DNA of 64,000 nucleotides from an uncultured Clostridia bacterium. GTDB taxonomy: Bacteria; Bacillota; Clostridia; Christensenellales; UBA1242. A model generated the notes under the pieces. The model was not told the DNA's origin, did no database searches, and worked only from the letters and a program-made list of their open reading frames with translations. This document shows, piece by piece, positions 56,101-64,000 of the stretch. Both the position numbers and the translations under genes were made by a program. Location of the stretch: contig CALVMV010000004.1 of assembly GCA_944349375.1 (NCBI GenBank), positions 44,178 through 108,177 of the forward strand, read 5' to 3'. Within the stretch, counting starts at the first letter, position 1. Every line of letters starts with the position of its first letter.

Positions 56101-59100
56101 CCATACACTGTAGTTAAAGTTGTGGCAGAAGGTGAAGATGTTGCCCTTGTTTTAAAAGGAAACAAAGCAACATTGCCTTATGTTGATAGTGAGTCTCAAT
56201 TAATAAATGTAGCTTCTAACCAAGGAGAATATAAGATTTCAATTACTTTTGCTTATAATGATAGTTTTGAAACTTCGTATTTTACAAAAGAAATTACATT
56301 TACTATCAATGTTGTAAAAGATGAATTAACAATAAATAATTTAAATACTCTTAATGGTTCTTTAACTTTTGCTAACATTGATTACGCCGATACATTCAAA
56401 GTAGGATATTCTTTAACAAGTCGATCATTCTCTGAAGAAACAACAACTCCTATAGAAAAAACAATTTCTCAATTATCAGATAATGCAATTTTCAATCCAG
56501 AGGAAATTGTTCAAAAAGATTGGGAAAATCAAACTAACTACTTCAATGTGTCTATCACTACTCCATATTCTGCAAATGATATGTATTATGCGGGAGAGTA
56601 TAGTTTTGACTTTGCTCTTTGGGATATTTGGAGTGGCTATATTTCGATAAAAGCAAATACTGACACATCTTTAACTCAAACTGTAAATATTGCAAAATAT
56701 ACAATCAATCTTGCTAAATATAATAACGACATTAGTACAGGTAAACTTTTAGGATTGAATGATCCAGATGTAATATCTGATACAATCACTATTACAGAAA
56801 CAAACAATGATGAAGTTGTTATAACATTTAGTGGCAGAGAAAATGAAGATGTCGATGTCGTTGGTAGTTATAAATTGCTTATTAATAAAGAGAGTGCTTT
56901 AAGTGAAGAAGATAAGAAAAATTATGATTTAAATATTGATGGTTTTGAAGCATACTTTGTTATAGCTAAAAACGAAAATGGTCAAGTAGTTGTAACTTTA
57001 CCTAATGGTTTCCACATGACTTACAATGGAAGCGAAATAAATTCTTTTGAAGTTGCTGTTGTAGATGGAAAATTTGTTTTAAAAGCAATGTCTTCTACAG
57101 AAGCGAAACAAACTATAGACTTGCAGGTTAAAATCTTGGTTGGAGATCAGCAATATGATGTAGCACAAAGCGCTATGGAAACATTAGCAGGTATGATAAA
57201 GATTGCGTTTGCAAGTGATCCTTTTGCTAAAGATTATAAAGAAGGCGGTTACTTATTAAATGCTAGTTTAAGTGGTGATGCTACGGGAGATTTTAAATTT
57301 ATTGCATTTGGCGAAACATCTGATAGCAAGTTCTATATTGACAAAGCCCCTATCACTTTAAAACAAGTTGAAAAGACTTTTGATAAAACAACTGATTTTA
57401 CAAAAGAAACGGTTAGATCATTCAATGGAGCTATTGGTGATGAAGTTTTAGATATAGAAGGAAGATTTGCTTCAGCTCATGCAGGCAGTCAATCTCTTGA
57501 AAGCCTGTCTATTACTGGAAATACTAGTCAAAACTACTATATTGAAAATGCAGATTTTAAAGGAACTATTTTAGCAAAAGCAGTTTCATCTGTAACTATT
57601 GAAATAGGAAAAGATGAATTTGTTTATGGTCAAATTTCACAAAGAATAACGCTTGAACAGTTGCTCGAAATGTTTGGAACTGTTACTGTGAATATTGATG
57701 GAGATATTTTAACAATAGGTTCTAACGAGTTTGTTGATATTCAAGATTTTACAATAGAAAATGCTAAATATTCTACAGCTAAAAAATTGTCAGCAAATCA
57801 AGATGGTTATAATTTCTTCTTAACATTATCATCTACTGATTACACTGGGCTCAATGGAGCAGAAGGCAAAGGACAATCGGTAAATGTTGTTATAAATCAA
57901 AAAGTTTTAGATTTGTCAGCAACTGAAATTTCTAAGGTTTATGATGGAACAACAAAATTGCCTATAGATATTGATTGGGTTGGTTTTGAAGATGTTGAAA
58001 GTGGAGATGTTGTAAGCGTTGATACTTCTTTATCTCAATTTGTAAGCAAAGACAAAGGAACAGATATTGCAATTAATATTGTCTTTACAGGTGCTGATGC
58101 TTCTAACTATAGAGAAAAAGGTTCTGTAGTTGGAGACATAACTACTGTAAGAATAACCTTGAAAGTTAATGTAACCGATAACTTACCAAATGATAATGAT
58201 GGAAGCGAAGGTTTCATTGATGGAGATAAAGAAATAATCAATAGCGGCTTAGAGATTGTTATAAATTATCCATTTGATGAAGGACAAGACTTGCAATCTA
58301 TTATTGATTCTTGGGCAAAACCTTCAAGAGTTGGTTACAATGTTACAGGTTATAGTTATAAAACTGAAAGTGGCTCTTTTGAAAAGTTGACTGAAACAAA
58401 CTTGCCTGATTTCTTAGAAAAAATTGCTGTAGCTGAAGGCGAAAAATCAGCTTACATTTATCCTAATTGGGAAAGACAATCATTTACTGTTACTATAAGT
58501 GGAAATAATATTGCAAGTTTGGATAGTTTAGAAGGATTATCATCTGGGGTAGGTGATATAACTTCAGGATCTATAACTTATAATATCGGTTATTATGAAA
58601 GTTTCAGTTTTACAGTTAAGACAAAACAAGGATATAAAGTTTCTGAATTTGTTATTTCTAACACTTATGTTTCAAAAGAAGAAGGAGAGAAAGGAACAAA
58701 CTCTTGCTCTCTTGCTATTACCAATGTAACAGGTAATACAACTATTGAGATTAAAACAGTTTCAATAACTATTTCATTTGTTATAGACAAAAACATTCCT
58801 GTTGTGGAAGGGGTGAATATTGTTGAAACTTCTTCTGACACATGGACTAACAAAACAATCAATTATTCCGAAATTTTAGATGATCAAAAACTAGTTGATT
58901 TCTTACCTAAATTTACTGTTACTGATTGGACTTTTGATTTGGTAGGATTCAAAAACGGTGAAAATTTAGTTAATGTCGATAGTGAAAAATTGTTGAAAGC
59001 ATATATTGATGCAAATATTGATTATGCTACAGATGCAATTATTAATTTGACTGCACAATGGCAAGGTCAAACATATACAATTCATTTTGATGCAAACGGT

Positions 59101-62100
59101 GGAAGAATAAGTGATAATTATGATGCAACAGCAGTTTTTGGAGGAAAGATAACTTTACCTGAAGACAAATCTGATTTCCCTGTTGCAGTTATGGAAGGAA
59201 AGGTTTCTTCTTACTATGATGCTTTGCAAGATGGCAAGCCATATACTAAAGACACAACATTTACTACAATTGGCGCAAATAACGAAGTAACATTCTATGC
59301 TATTTGGTCAGATGGTATATTTGATATTACATTTGATATTGACAGTAAAGTAACTGTAAAACTCGATGGAAATCCTTTACAAAACACAACAAAACAAATT
59401 TCTTACAGCGAAACTTGGACTTTTGAAATATCTTCAAATGAAGGTTATTCATTCAAAGTAGATTTATCAGATTTCCACGGCAGTTCAAGTTCTGAAACTC
59501 AATCACCTTTTACAATTAATAATGTTATTGCTGATTCGACTATCAAATTTGTTGCTGTTCCAAAAGAAAATACTTTGACTATAACTTACGATAGTTTGCA
59601 TATTGAAAGCGTTGTTGTAGATGAAGTAGAGTATTCTGAGCCAGTTAAAAAATTGACAGGAACAGAAGTAACTATTGTTGTAACTGCTAAAGAAGGATAT
59701 GAATTTGATAACAGCAGTGCATCATTAATTGGAAATAGCACAGGTAAAATCGACAAAGTATTAAGCGAAGAAAATACAGTTTTAACATTAACTTGGAAAG
59801 ATTTTACTACAGATGGAACTATTTCTTTAAGTGCTAAACCAAAGAGTATAAATGTTTCTTGGGAAAAACTATCTAGTTATGCATCTGATATATCAATAAA
59901 CAATCAAAGTTTAACTTTAGATGATGGTTCATTCTCTACTAGAGTAGGACAAGAATTGTCAGTAACAATTACTCTTAAATATGGTTATGAAAATGCAAGT
60001 CTTACAAGTCAAAATGCAACTATTGAAAATGAAAATAATTCTAGTTTAGATTCTAATAAAATAATAACATACACTGCGACAATTAAAGGCTTTACTCAAG
60101 ATTTTGTTATTTCTTTGACAGCTGATGCTAGAAAATGGACTGTTTCTGTTTCTGTTGCCGATTATGGAGAAGAAAACAGAGGGCAAGCACAAATTTCTCC
60201 AAGTGGAGAGAGCAATTTAGTATTCGGTTCTTCTGTAACGCTCACTGCTAGTGCAAGTTCGGTAGCTTATAGATTTATTGGCTGGTATCAAGGAGATGTT
60301 TTATATAATGAAAATGCTTCATTTGTTATAGATGCAAATATTGATAATAAATCATTACTAGAAAGTGGAAATCTTAATTTTGAAGCCAGATTCGATTACA
60401 ATGCTGTAGATTTAACTTTCTCTTCTGGCGTAAATGGGAAACTTGAAGTAAGAGTAAACAATGGACTTCCTTTTGTTGTAGAAGAAGGAACTTCACAAAC
60501 AAAAACAGTATTTGTAAGTGATAAAGTTGTAATTGTTTTCTTCCCTAATTCCGGTTATGAGTTAGACACTTTTAAAGCCGATGAAGACGATAAAACTTCA
60601 GATATCAGTGGAAATTCTTATACTTTTGATGTCGTGGCTAATAGCTATTCTTCATTTAGTGCAACTTTCAAAGCAAGTGAAGTTTATGTAGATGTTAAAG
60701 TTGCTGTGCAAGTTAACTTTGTAAACTATGAAGGTCTTGAAGATGGTGGCAAACTTTATCTTGTAGATAATTTAGGAACTATTCTTGAGGAAGGATATTT
60801 ACAACCTTCTAGTGGAGACTTGATAGAAGGTATAAACTACAAAGTTTTAACTTATACTGATCAAAGTTTCTATTTGATGGCTGAATCTAACCCAGGATAT
60901 AGTTTCTCCTTAGATGTTAAATCTGGCTTTGCTTCTATTGATCAAATAACTCTTTCTAATGGAAAAACTATCTACAAAGTTTCAAATGCACAAGACTTGT
61001 CTTCTCTTATGGGTATCTTTAAAGCAGAAGAACAACGAGTTGAAATTATGTTCGTGACCGATGAAGAATCATCGACAATAGCTGCTGCAGGAAAAATTCA
61101 ATTAACAAATAACACTGTACCAGCTAATGCAAGTGGAAACAACTCGGAACACCTTACTATAGTTACTATAACTGGTGCTAATATTGAGTTAGCTATTTCG
61201 ACTAATTTCTACTATAAGTTAATTAGTGATGAAGATGGAAATGTTTCTGTAGTTGTAACAGGTTCTCAATCTGGATTTGAATTTAGTAAAGGAATTGTTC
61301 AAGAAATAGATGCAGAAGAAACAATGCTCACTGGATTTACTTACACTTCTACATTGTCTTTAACAGGCGTAAATTCAAATATAACAATTAAAATATTAGT
61401 AGAACCTATTTCTTACAATTTGAAATTCTTTATAGATGAAGATGACAGTGGCGTTTATGATCCTATTACTATCAACAATTTGATTTATGGTCAAAATATA
61501 GATTTATCTTCGCTTACATCAGAAGAGCGTAATAGGCTAACAAAAAGCAGAGATGGCTTTACGCTTATGGGCTATTACACAAAACAACTAATGCAAGGAA
61601 CTCAATATTTAGATAGTCAGTTAATGGCTACAAACATTTGGCTTGAAAAACCTTACATCTTTGATGGATCTAAGTATAAAGAAAATTCTAATTTTGATGC
61701 AGAAACCAAAACATTTACTTTATATGCAGGTTGGTCTTACGATAAAGCAAAGGTTACTGTGGACTTTATCCCTGATGCTTTAAAAGATTTGTTAACAGAA
61801 GTGTCTATTTCTGATATCATTACAAACATCAATCAAACAATTTCTTGGGTTAGCCCAGACAATGTTTGGGTTGGAGAATTTTCTGTAGCTTCTCCTTTAA
61901 CACTTGAACTTTCAGCTTTCGTATCTGATGGATACCAATTCGCTTATTGGGTTGTTGAAAATGAAGATAAGACAATTGAATATACAAATGCTAAGTTGTC
62001 TTTAACAGAAATGAACAAAGGGGATTATACTATTACAGCAATTTATTATCCTAAATATTCGATAACTATTGAAAGTAATAATACAACCGACCCTAGTCTT

Positions 62101-63465
62101 GTTGGAGATTCTTACATTATGCAAGAAGGTGTAAGAGTTGAAAAAGATTGCTTCGATTCTACATTACCTATAACATTGGTTGCTGAAGAAGGCAGGGGAT
62201 ATTCATTTGTTTACTGGACAGACAAAGAAGGCAATATTTATCAAGGAACAGAAACTAGCAATGGTCACTGGGAATATTCTCTTGGTTTAAGAGAAACACC
62301 AATTTATCTCACTGCAGTTTTCGAAGGCGATAATGTTGGCATGAAATTAGATTTAACAGGTTTCTCTCATGGAACTATTAACAGAGTTCTTCATTCTGGA
62401 CAAGAAATTGAAAATTACTTAGAAGAATTTACTGTAAAGATTGGTGATAAAATCGAAATTGAACTTCTGACAGAAAATGGTTATGGCGTTGATTTTGAGG
62501 GAGCTAACTTCACATATGATATAAACACTGATAGATATTATTATGTTGTAAGAGCAGAAGATTTACAAGATGGTTCGTCTGTTCATGAAGGCATAATTAT
62601 AATAAAACCAATTTCTACCGAAAAAGAAATAACATTTACTTTTGAATTAAAGGTTGAAGGCTCTGCTTACTTAGAAGATGCAACCATAAATAGTTTAATT
62701 AGATTTACATATACATTAAACAATCAAATTTTGGCAAATACTACCGTTAGTGAAGGAACGGTAATTGAAAATCTCTTGTTTGGTGGAACTGCTACTTTGA
62801 ACATTGTTTCTGCAACAAATTATACAGTTGGAAGATTAATAATCTCTGTTGGCTCTAGCTCTATAGACTTAACAGACAAACTTAACAAAGGGCTTGTATA
62901 TATTCAAATAGATGTTTTGTCTGAATTATTTGAAGAAAATACACCTTATGTTATCACTATTGATTTTACAAAAATGATTTGGTCTGAAGAAGCTTATCGT
63001 TCTCAATCCTTAGAAGGTGAAGGCTCTATGGCGGATCCATACTTAATAAAGAATGCTGCTGATATGGGATTTGTTGCTTGGGCTGTAAACAATGGAATTA
63101 GAGATGCTTTCGATAATCTTTACTCAGAATGTAGATTCAAAGTTGTTGCTGACATAGATTTCCAAGGAAAATTTTGGGAGCCTATCGGAACAAAAGAAAA
63201 CCCATTTAATGGAACTATGGATTTGGGTGACTATAATATTTCAAACATTAACTTAGTTTCTGAATACATTAATCCTTCTCCTTCTTACAATAAACTTTTC
63301 TGGATATTAGGAGAAGATGCAGTAATCATTCAGATTAACAATGTTTTGGTAATCGTATTATCAATCGTTGGAGGTGTTCTATTATTGGTAGCTATAATCA
63401 TAATTTCTTTCATTATTGCTAGAAGAAGAAAGAAAAAGAGATATGAAGAATTAGCTAATGGCTAG
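50185..63465 (+). CDS. Giant cell-surface protein (4426 aa) with an N-terminal signal/anchor, a C-terminal TM anchor, and many InlB B-repeat (Listeria-Bacteroides repeat)-like modules
   Basis: A single uninterrupted 13.3-kb ORF in AT-rich DNA, with RBS AAGGGAG. The signal-like segment is LALAILSLGVVFLMLGLV and the C-terminus is VLVIVLSIVGGVLLLVAIIIISFIIARRRKKKR. G-Y-x-F-x-x-W type motifs recur (GYRFNSW, AYRFIGWY, GYQFAYW, GYSFVYW, GFTLMGYY). No LPXTG was seen. Confidence 0.85.
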   Translation: MSKKIIKKLSTLALAILSLGVVFLMLGLVNLNSKAEESLSDNSVNFDQSEAWVDEIVLGAASITNENHFGKTCMVIDSAEDLAQVAYEVSQGTNSSYTNGYFYLAQDINLRGKLWTPIGTTTHPFSGTFFGNGYKISNVVISQASIISGNDIGLFGAVTGSIVDLTVEGAFGVSSLVDSSTNNIGHIAGSLQSSGEIINCFDEMIVSLQDGFKSIGNTASSAKVIYPSSKNGIEEGLTTVEDMQSKISFNGTPQTGYSVYYNTNVAATSGDIEGTGVGFYQNGNYIFSGNKEESQQVRVAFANVSEDTYSSIITLNNPLYFSQTPLLRESAVGSQVYVLRTGYKATFSAPSLENSGIVNISWNQATVNVSYNYGYGSRTVNFETPYDNPWTNVIATKEIVRLGYQSNTLYSESSMQTLLNTTDRANYVSYYAKNGDCVYIKWSDPKNLTGKLYVGADTNEGGSFKNPSASNAYSNLNVSGADVLSQSSNYSDLSNIIAGQDVVINFSLNSGYTFQLAGLGTNLLTKSSWDGTGITNLTTGAYTYYPNSTGKDSDGQSYIIGTDGGYYDAYTPIEIKVEKSDSNFTITIKNIVDNGGEIVLLFGREQKEISIQGTGLDRLSSATIINHEASQTSLDWESKTITTKIGESFDFVVSSVGQDYFILSRSVNGFVCDNIIEEEETPVGESKFYQKITFEINAFSPEPAVEDYYITLNINRLLTYIKVQIGEEGKFFDNVAENRKATVSVSSSGIESMSTNSQVTLQVPMTTNTTITFNANGFYSLASVDGVSVPFENNAISQTFSKFSNDPSAPAYIITFNPTKNYYNLNIVYMIDGIEVSKEIAEKFVKFNGKTSSLDFEQTENYSLKLTESAKTWLKYDFSIQASDLGNNSTGYQASVLEGASSGLLNASFDSENATSSFNYKPGTFNSTLTINLSRKEINVNFNNLTLNDDKTILPDSSSLYGSMTLKYDYNGTGSLNITGGGFSSISIENGYYLVGWYLTGGKTITAFSNNDLIQDVEFRNFISQSASGNKNSPITVSVSPLVEKRVVRLSYSANGEGEQQGVSSDDLITAPEYVYGSAPIALSTEKFKKIGYRFNSWSTEFGTISDNQYSLTGNAWNTLWENSAGQSKHSWTSFASSDEEKYKDVILTAQFEALVYTISVDSLSEINISIGQTINFVAAGNGEYATYTNNETQATVTGSSLAGYTAISFVIKGNITPEVTENSLTSFVLSLDNIKKFISVENYYSVSETAELTINTEREANTYKIYIQSNSNKYYTVSLAEGTTAEQGGIDATGTYVLVKYNELPANLDKVSVVRNGYNHVGFTYNSTDFDASQKYTITSDITIIPKFERDEKSDFVKNQIVLTESDVFKTQNKVTGKNYEFYLVNGTTETIISANNISNFGNGDIVSEQLFKSKNSEVSRIGRDISFDYIINKVMEGILDGTNIELQYVVTIIDSLSGETYDLTYDVHAFSILPNEIVFENLSLKTYYTGTSDYLATEDSNFGNVLDFKYDLNGEVLLKEEQNTELINDFINTNQYQVNVSGDDYNVGTKNVRIIFNGTDVGNNVEYIWSNVKSESKDSFYVDIENGIEIVESPAVITFDSSTGIYVEGLVQTIAQNVSNQTFNVLSNPKYQFTYSFDSLTLKNNAVGTYTGSEDHTLDQEKFEVTNFVVKNGQEVVTGNFEWVISKNSTYQVVGGEGFNAVEYRYEPRYFTASNGSLTGITEGWGELGRENIFTISELMFDGVKVKPNNGANFASQYNHIVDGQIYFTIIGNNSSKLVIKLNNDLIGGHTITFNITVSDALEEGLVLYSWQNNFDIDDSIFGSIVATKTIDFEYGTTTEGSHYAIYTNATKVNVDYNLSGIKNETIYVAYGENYDLSNPIDSTSELTFNGYQLTGSGLSIADSEGKKVLSNTNSGSLASLKAKWTLSNVSVSQLETEFTISPLGVAPTNDFDFTTIFSTSPQRASLSSDPYTVVKVVAEGEDVALVLKGNKATLPYVDSESQLINVASNQGEYKISITFAYNDSFETSYFTKEITFTINVVKDELTINNLNTLNGSLTFANIDYADTFKVGYSLTSRSFSEETTTPIEKTISQLSDNAIFNPEEIVQKDWENQTNYFNVSITTPYSANDMYYAGEYSFDFALWDIWSGYISIKANTDTSLTQTVNIAKYTINLAKYNNDISTGKLLGLNDPDVISDTITITETNNDEVVITFSGRENEDVDVVGSYKLLINKESALSEEDKKNYDLNIDGFEAYFVIAKNENGQVVVTLPNGFHMTYNGSEINSFEVAVVDGKFVLKAMSSTEAKQTIDLQVKILVGDQQYDVAQSAMETLAGMIKIAFASDPFAKDYKEGGYLLNASLSGDATGDFKFIAFGETSDSKFYIDKAPITLKQVEKTFDKTTDFTKETVRSFNGAIGDEVLDIEGRFASAHAGSQSLESLSITGNTSQNYYIENADFKGTILAKAVSSVTIEIGKDEFVYGQISQRITLEQLLEMFGTVTVNIDGDILTIGSNEFVDIQDFTIENAKYSTAKKLSANQDGYNFFLTLSSTDYTGLNGAEGKGQSVNVVINQKVLDLSATEISKVYDGTTKLPIDIDWVGFEDVESGDVVSVDTSLSQFVSKDKGTDIAINIVFTGADASNYREKGSVVGDITTVRITLKVNVTDNLPNDNDGSEGFIDGDKEIINSGLEIVINYPFDEGQDLQSIIDSWAKPSRVGYNVTGYSYKTESGSFEKLTETNLPDFLEKIAVAEGEKSAYIYPNWERQSFTVTISGNNIASLDSLEGLSSGVGDITSGSITYNIGYYESFSFTVKTKQGYKVSEFVISNTYVSKEEGEKGTNSCSLAITNVTGNTTIEIKTVSITISFVIDKNIPVVEGVNIVETSSDTWTNKTINYSEILDDQKLVDFLPKFTVTDWTFDLVGFKNGENLVNVDSEKLLKAYIDANIDYATDAIINLTAQWQGQTYTIHFDANGGRISDNYDATAVFGGKITLPEDKSDFPVAVMEGKVSSYYDALQDGKPYTKDTTFTTIGANNEVTFYAIWSDGIFDITFDIDSKVTVKLDGNPLQNTTKQISYSETWTFEISSNEGYSFKVDLSDFHGSSSSETQSPFTINNVIADSTIKFVAVPKENTLTITYDSLHIESVVVDEVEYSEPVKKLTGTEVTIVVTAKEGYEFDNSSASLIGNSTGKIDKVLSEENTVLTLTWKDFTTDGTISLSAKPKSINVSWEKLSSYASDISINNQSLTLDDGSFSTRVGQELSVTITLKYGYENASLTSQNATIENENNSSLDSNKIITYTATIKGFTQDFVISLTADARKWTVSVSVADYGEENRGQAQISPSGESNLVFGSSVTLTASASSVAYRFIGWYQGDVLYNENASFVIDANIDNKSLLESGNLNFEARFDYNAVDLTFSSGVNGKLEVRVNNGLPFVVEEGTSQTKTVFVSDKVVIVFFPNSGYELDTFKADEDDKTSDISGNSYTFDVVANSYSSFSATFKASEVYVDVKVAVQVNFVNYEGLEDGGKLYLVDNLGTILEEGYLQPSSGDLIEGINYKVLTYTDQSFYLMAESNPGYSFSLDVKSGFASIDQITLSNGKTIYKVSNAQDLSSLMGIFKAEEQRVEIMFVTDEESSTIAAAGKIQLTNNTVPANASGNNSEHLTIVTITGANIELAISTNFYYKLISDEDGNVSVVVTGSQSGFEFSKGIVQEIDAEETMLTGFTYTSTLSLTGVNSNITIKILVEPISYNLKFFIDEDDSGVYDPITINNLIYGQNIDLSSLTSEERNRLTKSRDGFTLMGYYTKQLMQGTQYLDSQLMATNIWLEKPYIFDGSKYKENSNFDAETKTFTLYAGWSYDKAKVTVDFIPDALKDLLTEVSISDIITNINQTISWVSPDNVWVGEFSVASPLTLELSAFVSDGYQFAYWVVENEDKTIEYTNAKLSLTEMNKGDYTITAIYYPKYSITIESNNTTDPSLVGDSYIMQEGVRVEKDCFDSTLPITLVAEEGRGYSFVYWTDKEGNIYQGTETSNGHWEYSLGLRETPIYLTAVFEGDNVGMKLDLTGFSHGTINRVLHSGQEIENYLEEFTVKIGDKIEIELLTENGYGVDFEGANFTYDINTDRYYYVVRAEDLQDGSSVHEGIIIIKPISTEKEITFTFELKVEGSAYLEDATINSLIRFTYTLNNQILANTTVSEGTVIENLLFGGTATLNIVSATNYTVGRLIISVGSSSIDLTDKLNKGLVYIQIDVLSELFEENTPYVITIDFTKMIWSEEAYRSQSLEGEGSMADPYLIKNAADMGFVAWAVNNGIRDAFDNLYSECRFKVVADIDFQGKFWEPIGTKENPFNGTMDLGDYNISNINLVSEYINPSPSYNKLFWILGEDAVIIQINNVLVIVLSIVGGVLLLVAIIIISFIIARRRKKKRYEELANG

Positions 63466-63486
63466 TAAACATTTCTAAATAAATAA

Positions 63487-63517
63487 AGGCAGGAAAATTC
63501 CTGCTTTTATTTTTTTT
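63487..63517 (+). terminator. Intrinsic terminator after the giant gene
   Basis: GCAGGA...TCCTGC hairpin (63489-63504) followed by TTTTATTTTTTTT. Confidence 0.65.
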
Positions 63518-63659
63518 ATTATCCATTTATCAAATTATGGGCAAAAAAATTCTTGACAAAAAAAATTTTTAATGTTATTATAATGCCAGCAGTAAAAAAA
63601 ACTGTCCTTGTTTTTTTGTGGAAAACAAAAAAACCATTTAGTCCAAAAGGAGGTAATGT

Positions 63660-63941
63660 ATGAACAAGTATGAAATTCTGTATATCATTTCTGCAGATGT
63701 GCCTGAAGAAAAAAGAGAAGAATTAATTAACAAATTCTCTTCTTATGTTGAAAGCAAAAAAGGCAATGTTCTCGGAATTGATAAATGGGGTATGAAAAAA
63801 TTTGCTTATCCTATCAATTTCAAAAACGAAGGCTTCTATGTTCTTATGAATGTTGAACTTGAACCTGCCGAAGTTGATGCAATGGCAAAACTTATGAATA
63901 TTACAGAAGGCATTGTTAGACAATTGTTTGTTAGAAAATAA
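63660..63941 (+). CDS. rpsF: 30S ribosomal protein S6
   Basis: MNKYEILYII...KWGMKKFAYPI...GFYVLMNVE is the typical S6 sequence. The RBS is AAAGGAGG. Confidence 0.95.
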   Translation: MNKYEILYIISADVPEEKREELINKFSSYVESKKGNVLGIDKWGMKKFAYPINFKNEGFYVLMNVELEPAEVDAMAKLMNITEGIVRQLFVRK

Positions 63942-63958
63942 TGCTATAAGGAGAAATT

Positions 63959-64000
63959 ATGAATAAAGTTATGTTAATCGGAAATCTTACAAGAGATCCA
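63959..64000 (+). CDS. ssb: Single-stranded DNA-binding protein, 5' end only (runs off the window)
   Basis: MNKVMLIGNLTRDP is the canonical SSB N-terminus. It follows rpsF and has the RBS AAGGAG. Confidence 0.8.
   Translation, partial: MNKVMLIGNLTRDP

Noticed and set aside
55263-56165. Minus-strand ORFs (69 and 117 aa) inside the giant gene, and a similar one at 58665-58862
   Set aside because: They are antisense to a 13-kb ORF with consistent coding character, have no RBS and have odd composition. The same reasoning rejects the antisense track ORFs 751-966, 1963-2157, 5090-5290, 8206-8436, 8673-8873, 12466-12657, 13037-13348, 14577-14783, 19266-19466, 20199-20432, 22701-22883, 23804-24085, 24587-24772, 26773-26964, 29204-30406, 38505-38699, 40355-40540, 44767-45015, 48971-49279 and 63723-63923.

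Overview
Very AT-rich chromosomal window from an endospore-forming Firmicute, covering the replication-origin neighbourhood. Core genes recognised: mnmG-rsmG-dnaA-[oriC]-dnaN-dut-rpmH-rnpA-yidD-yidC-jag, mnmE, parB-parA with two consensus parS sites, recF, trpS, rpsF-ssb, tilS, spoIIE, spo0A, cwlD, pflB-pflA, and two tRNAs. The gene order around oriC is rearranged compared with the Firmicute norm. Four accessory regions stand out. (1) 3.9-7.7 kb: a compact RiPP-type operon on the minus strand. It encodes an HExxH peptidase, an unannotated 30-aa Cys-rich precursor, a radical SAM/SPASM maturase and a translationally coupled ABC-F ATPase. A tRNA 3' fragment and a startless ORF lie beside it. (2) 12.6-18.8 kb: cwlD appears to have been hit twice at the same codons by related integrative elements that carry a replacement 5' end. 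This left two displaced cwlD 5' fragments with an identical 20-nt junction. The cargo is DUF4417, an HNH-like nuclease, and toxin/immunity-like modules including three tandem CPCC zinc-ribbon paralogs. No recombinase is visible. (3) 18962-19016: four perfect DnaA boxes about 17 kb from dnaA. (4) 50.2-63.5 kb: one uninterrupted 4426-codon surface-protein gene preceded by phased A-tracts. Spo0A carries Glu instead of the phospho-acceptor Asp. All calls come from reading the sequence and ORF translations and from motif recall; no database searches were run.
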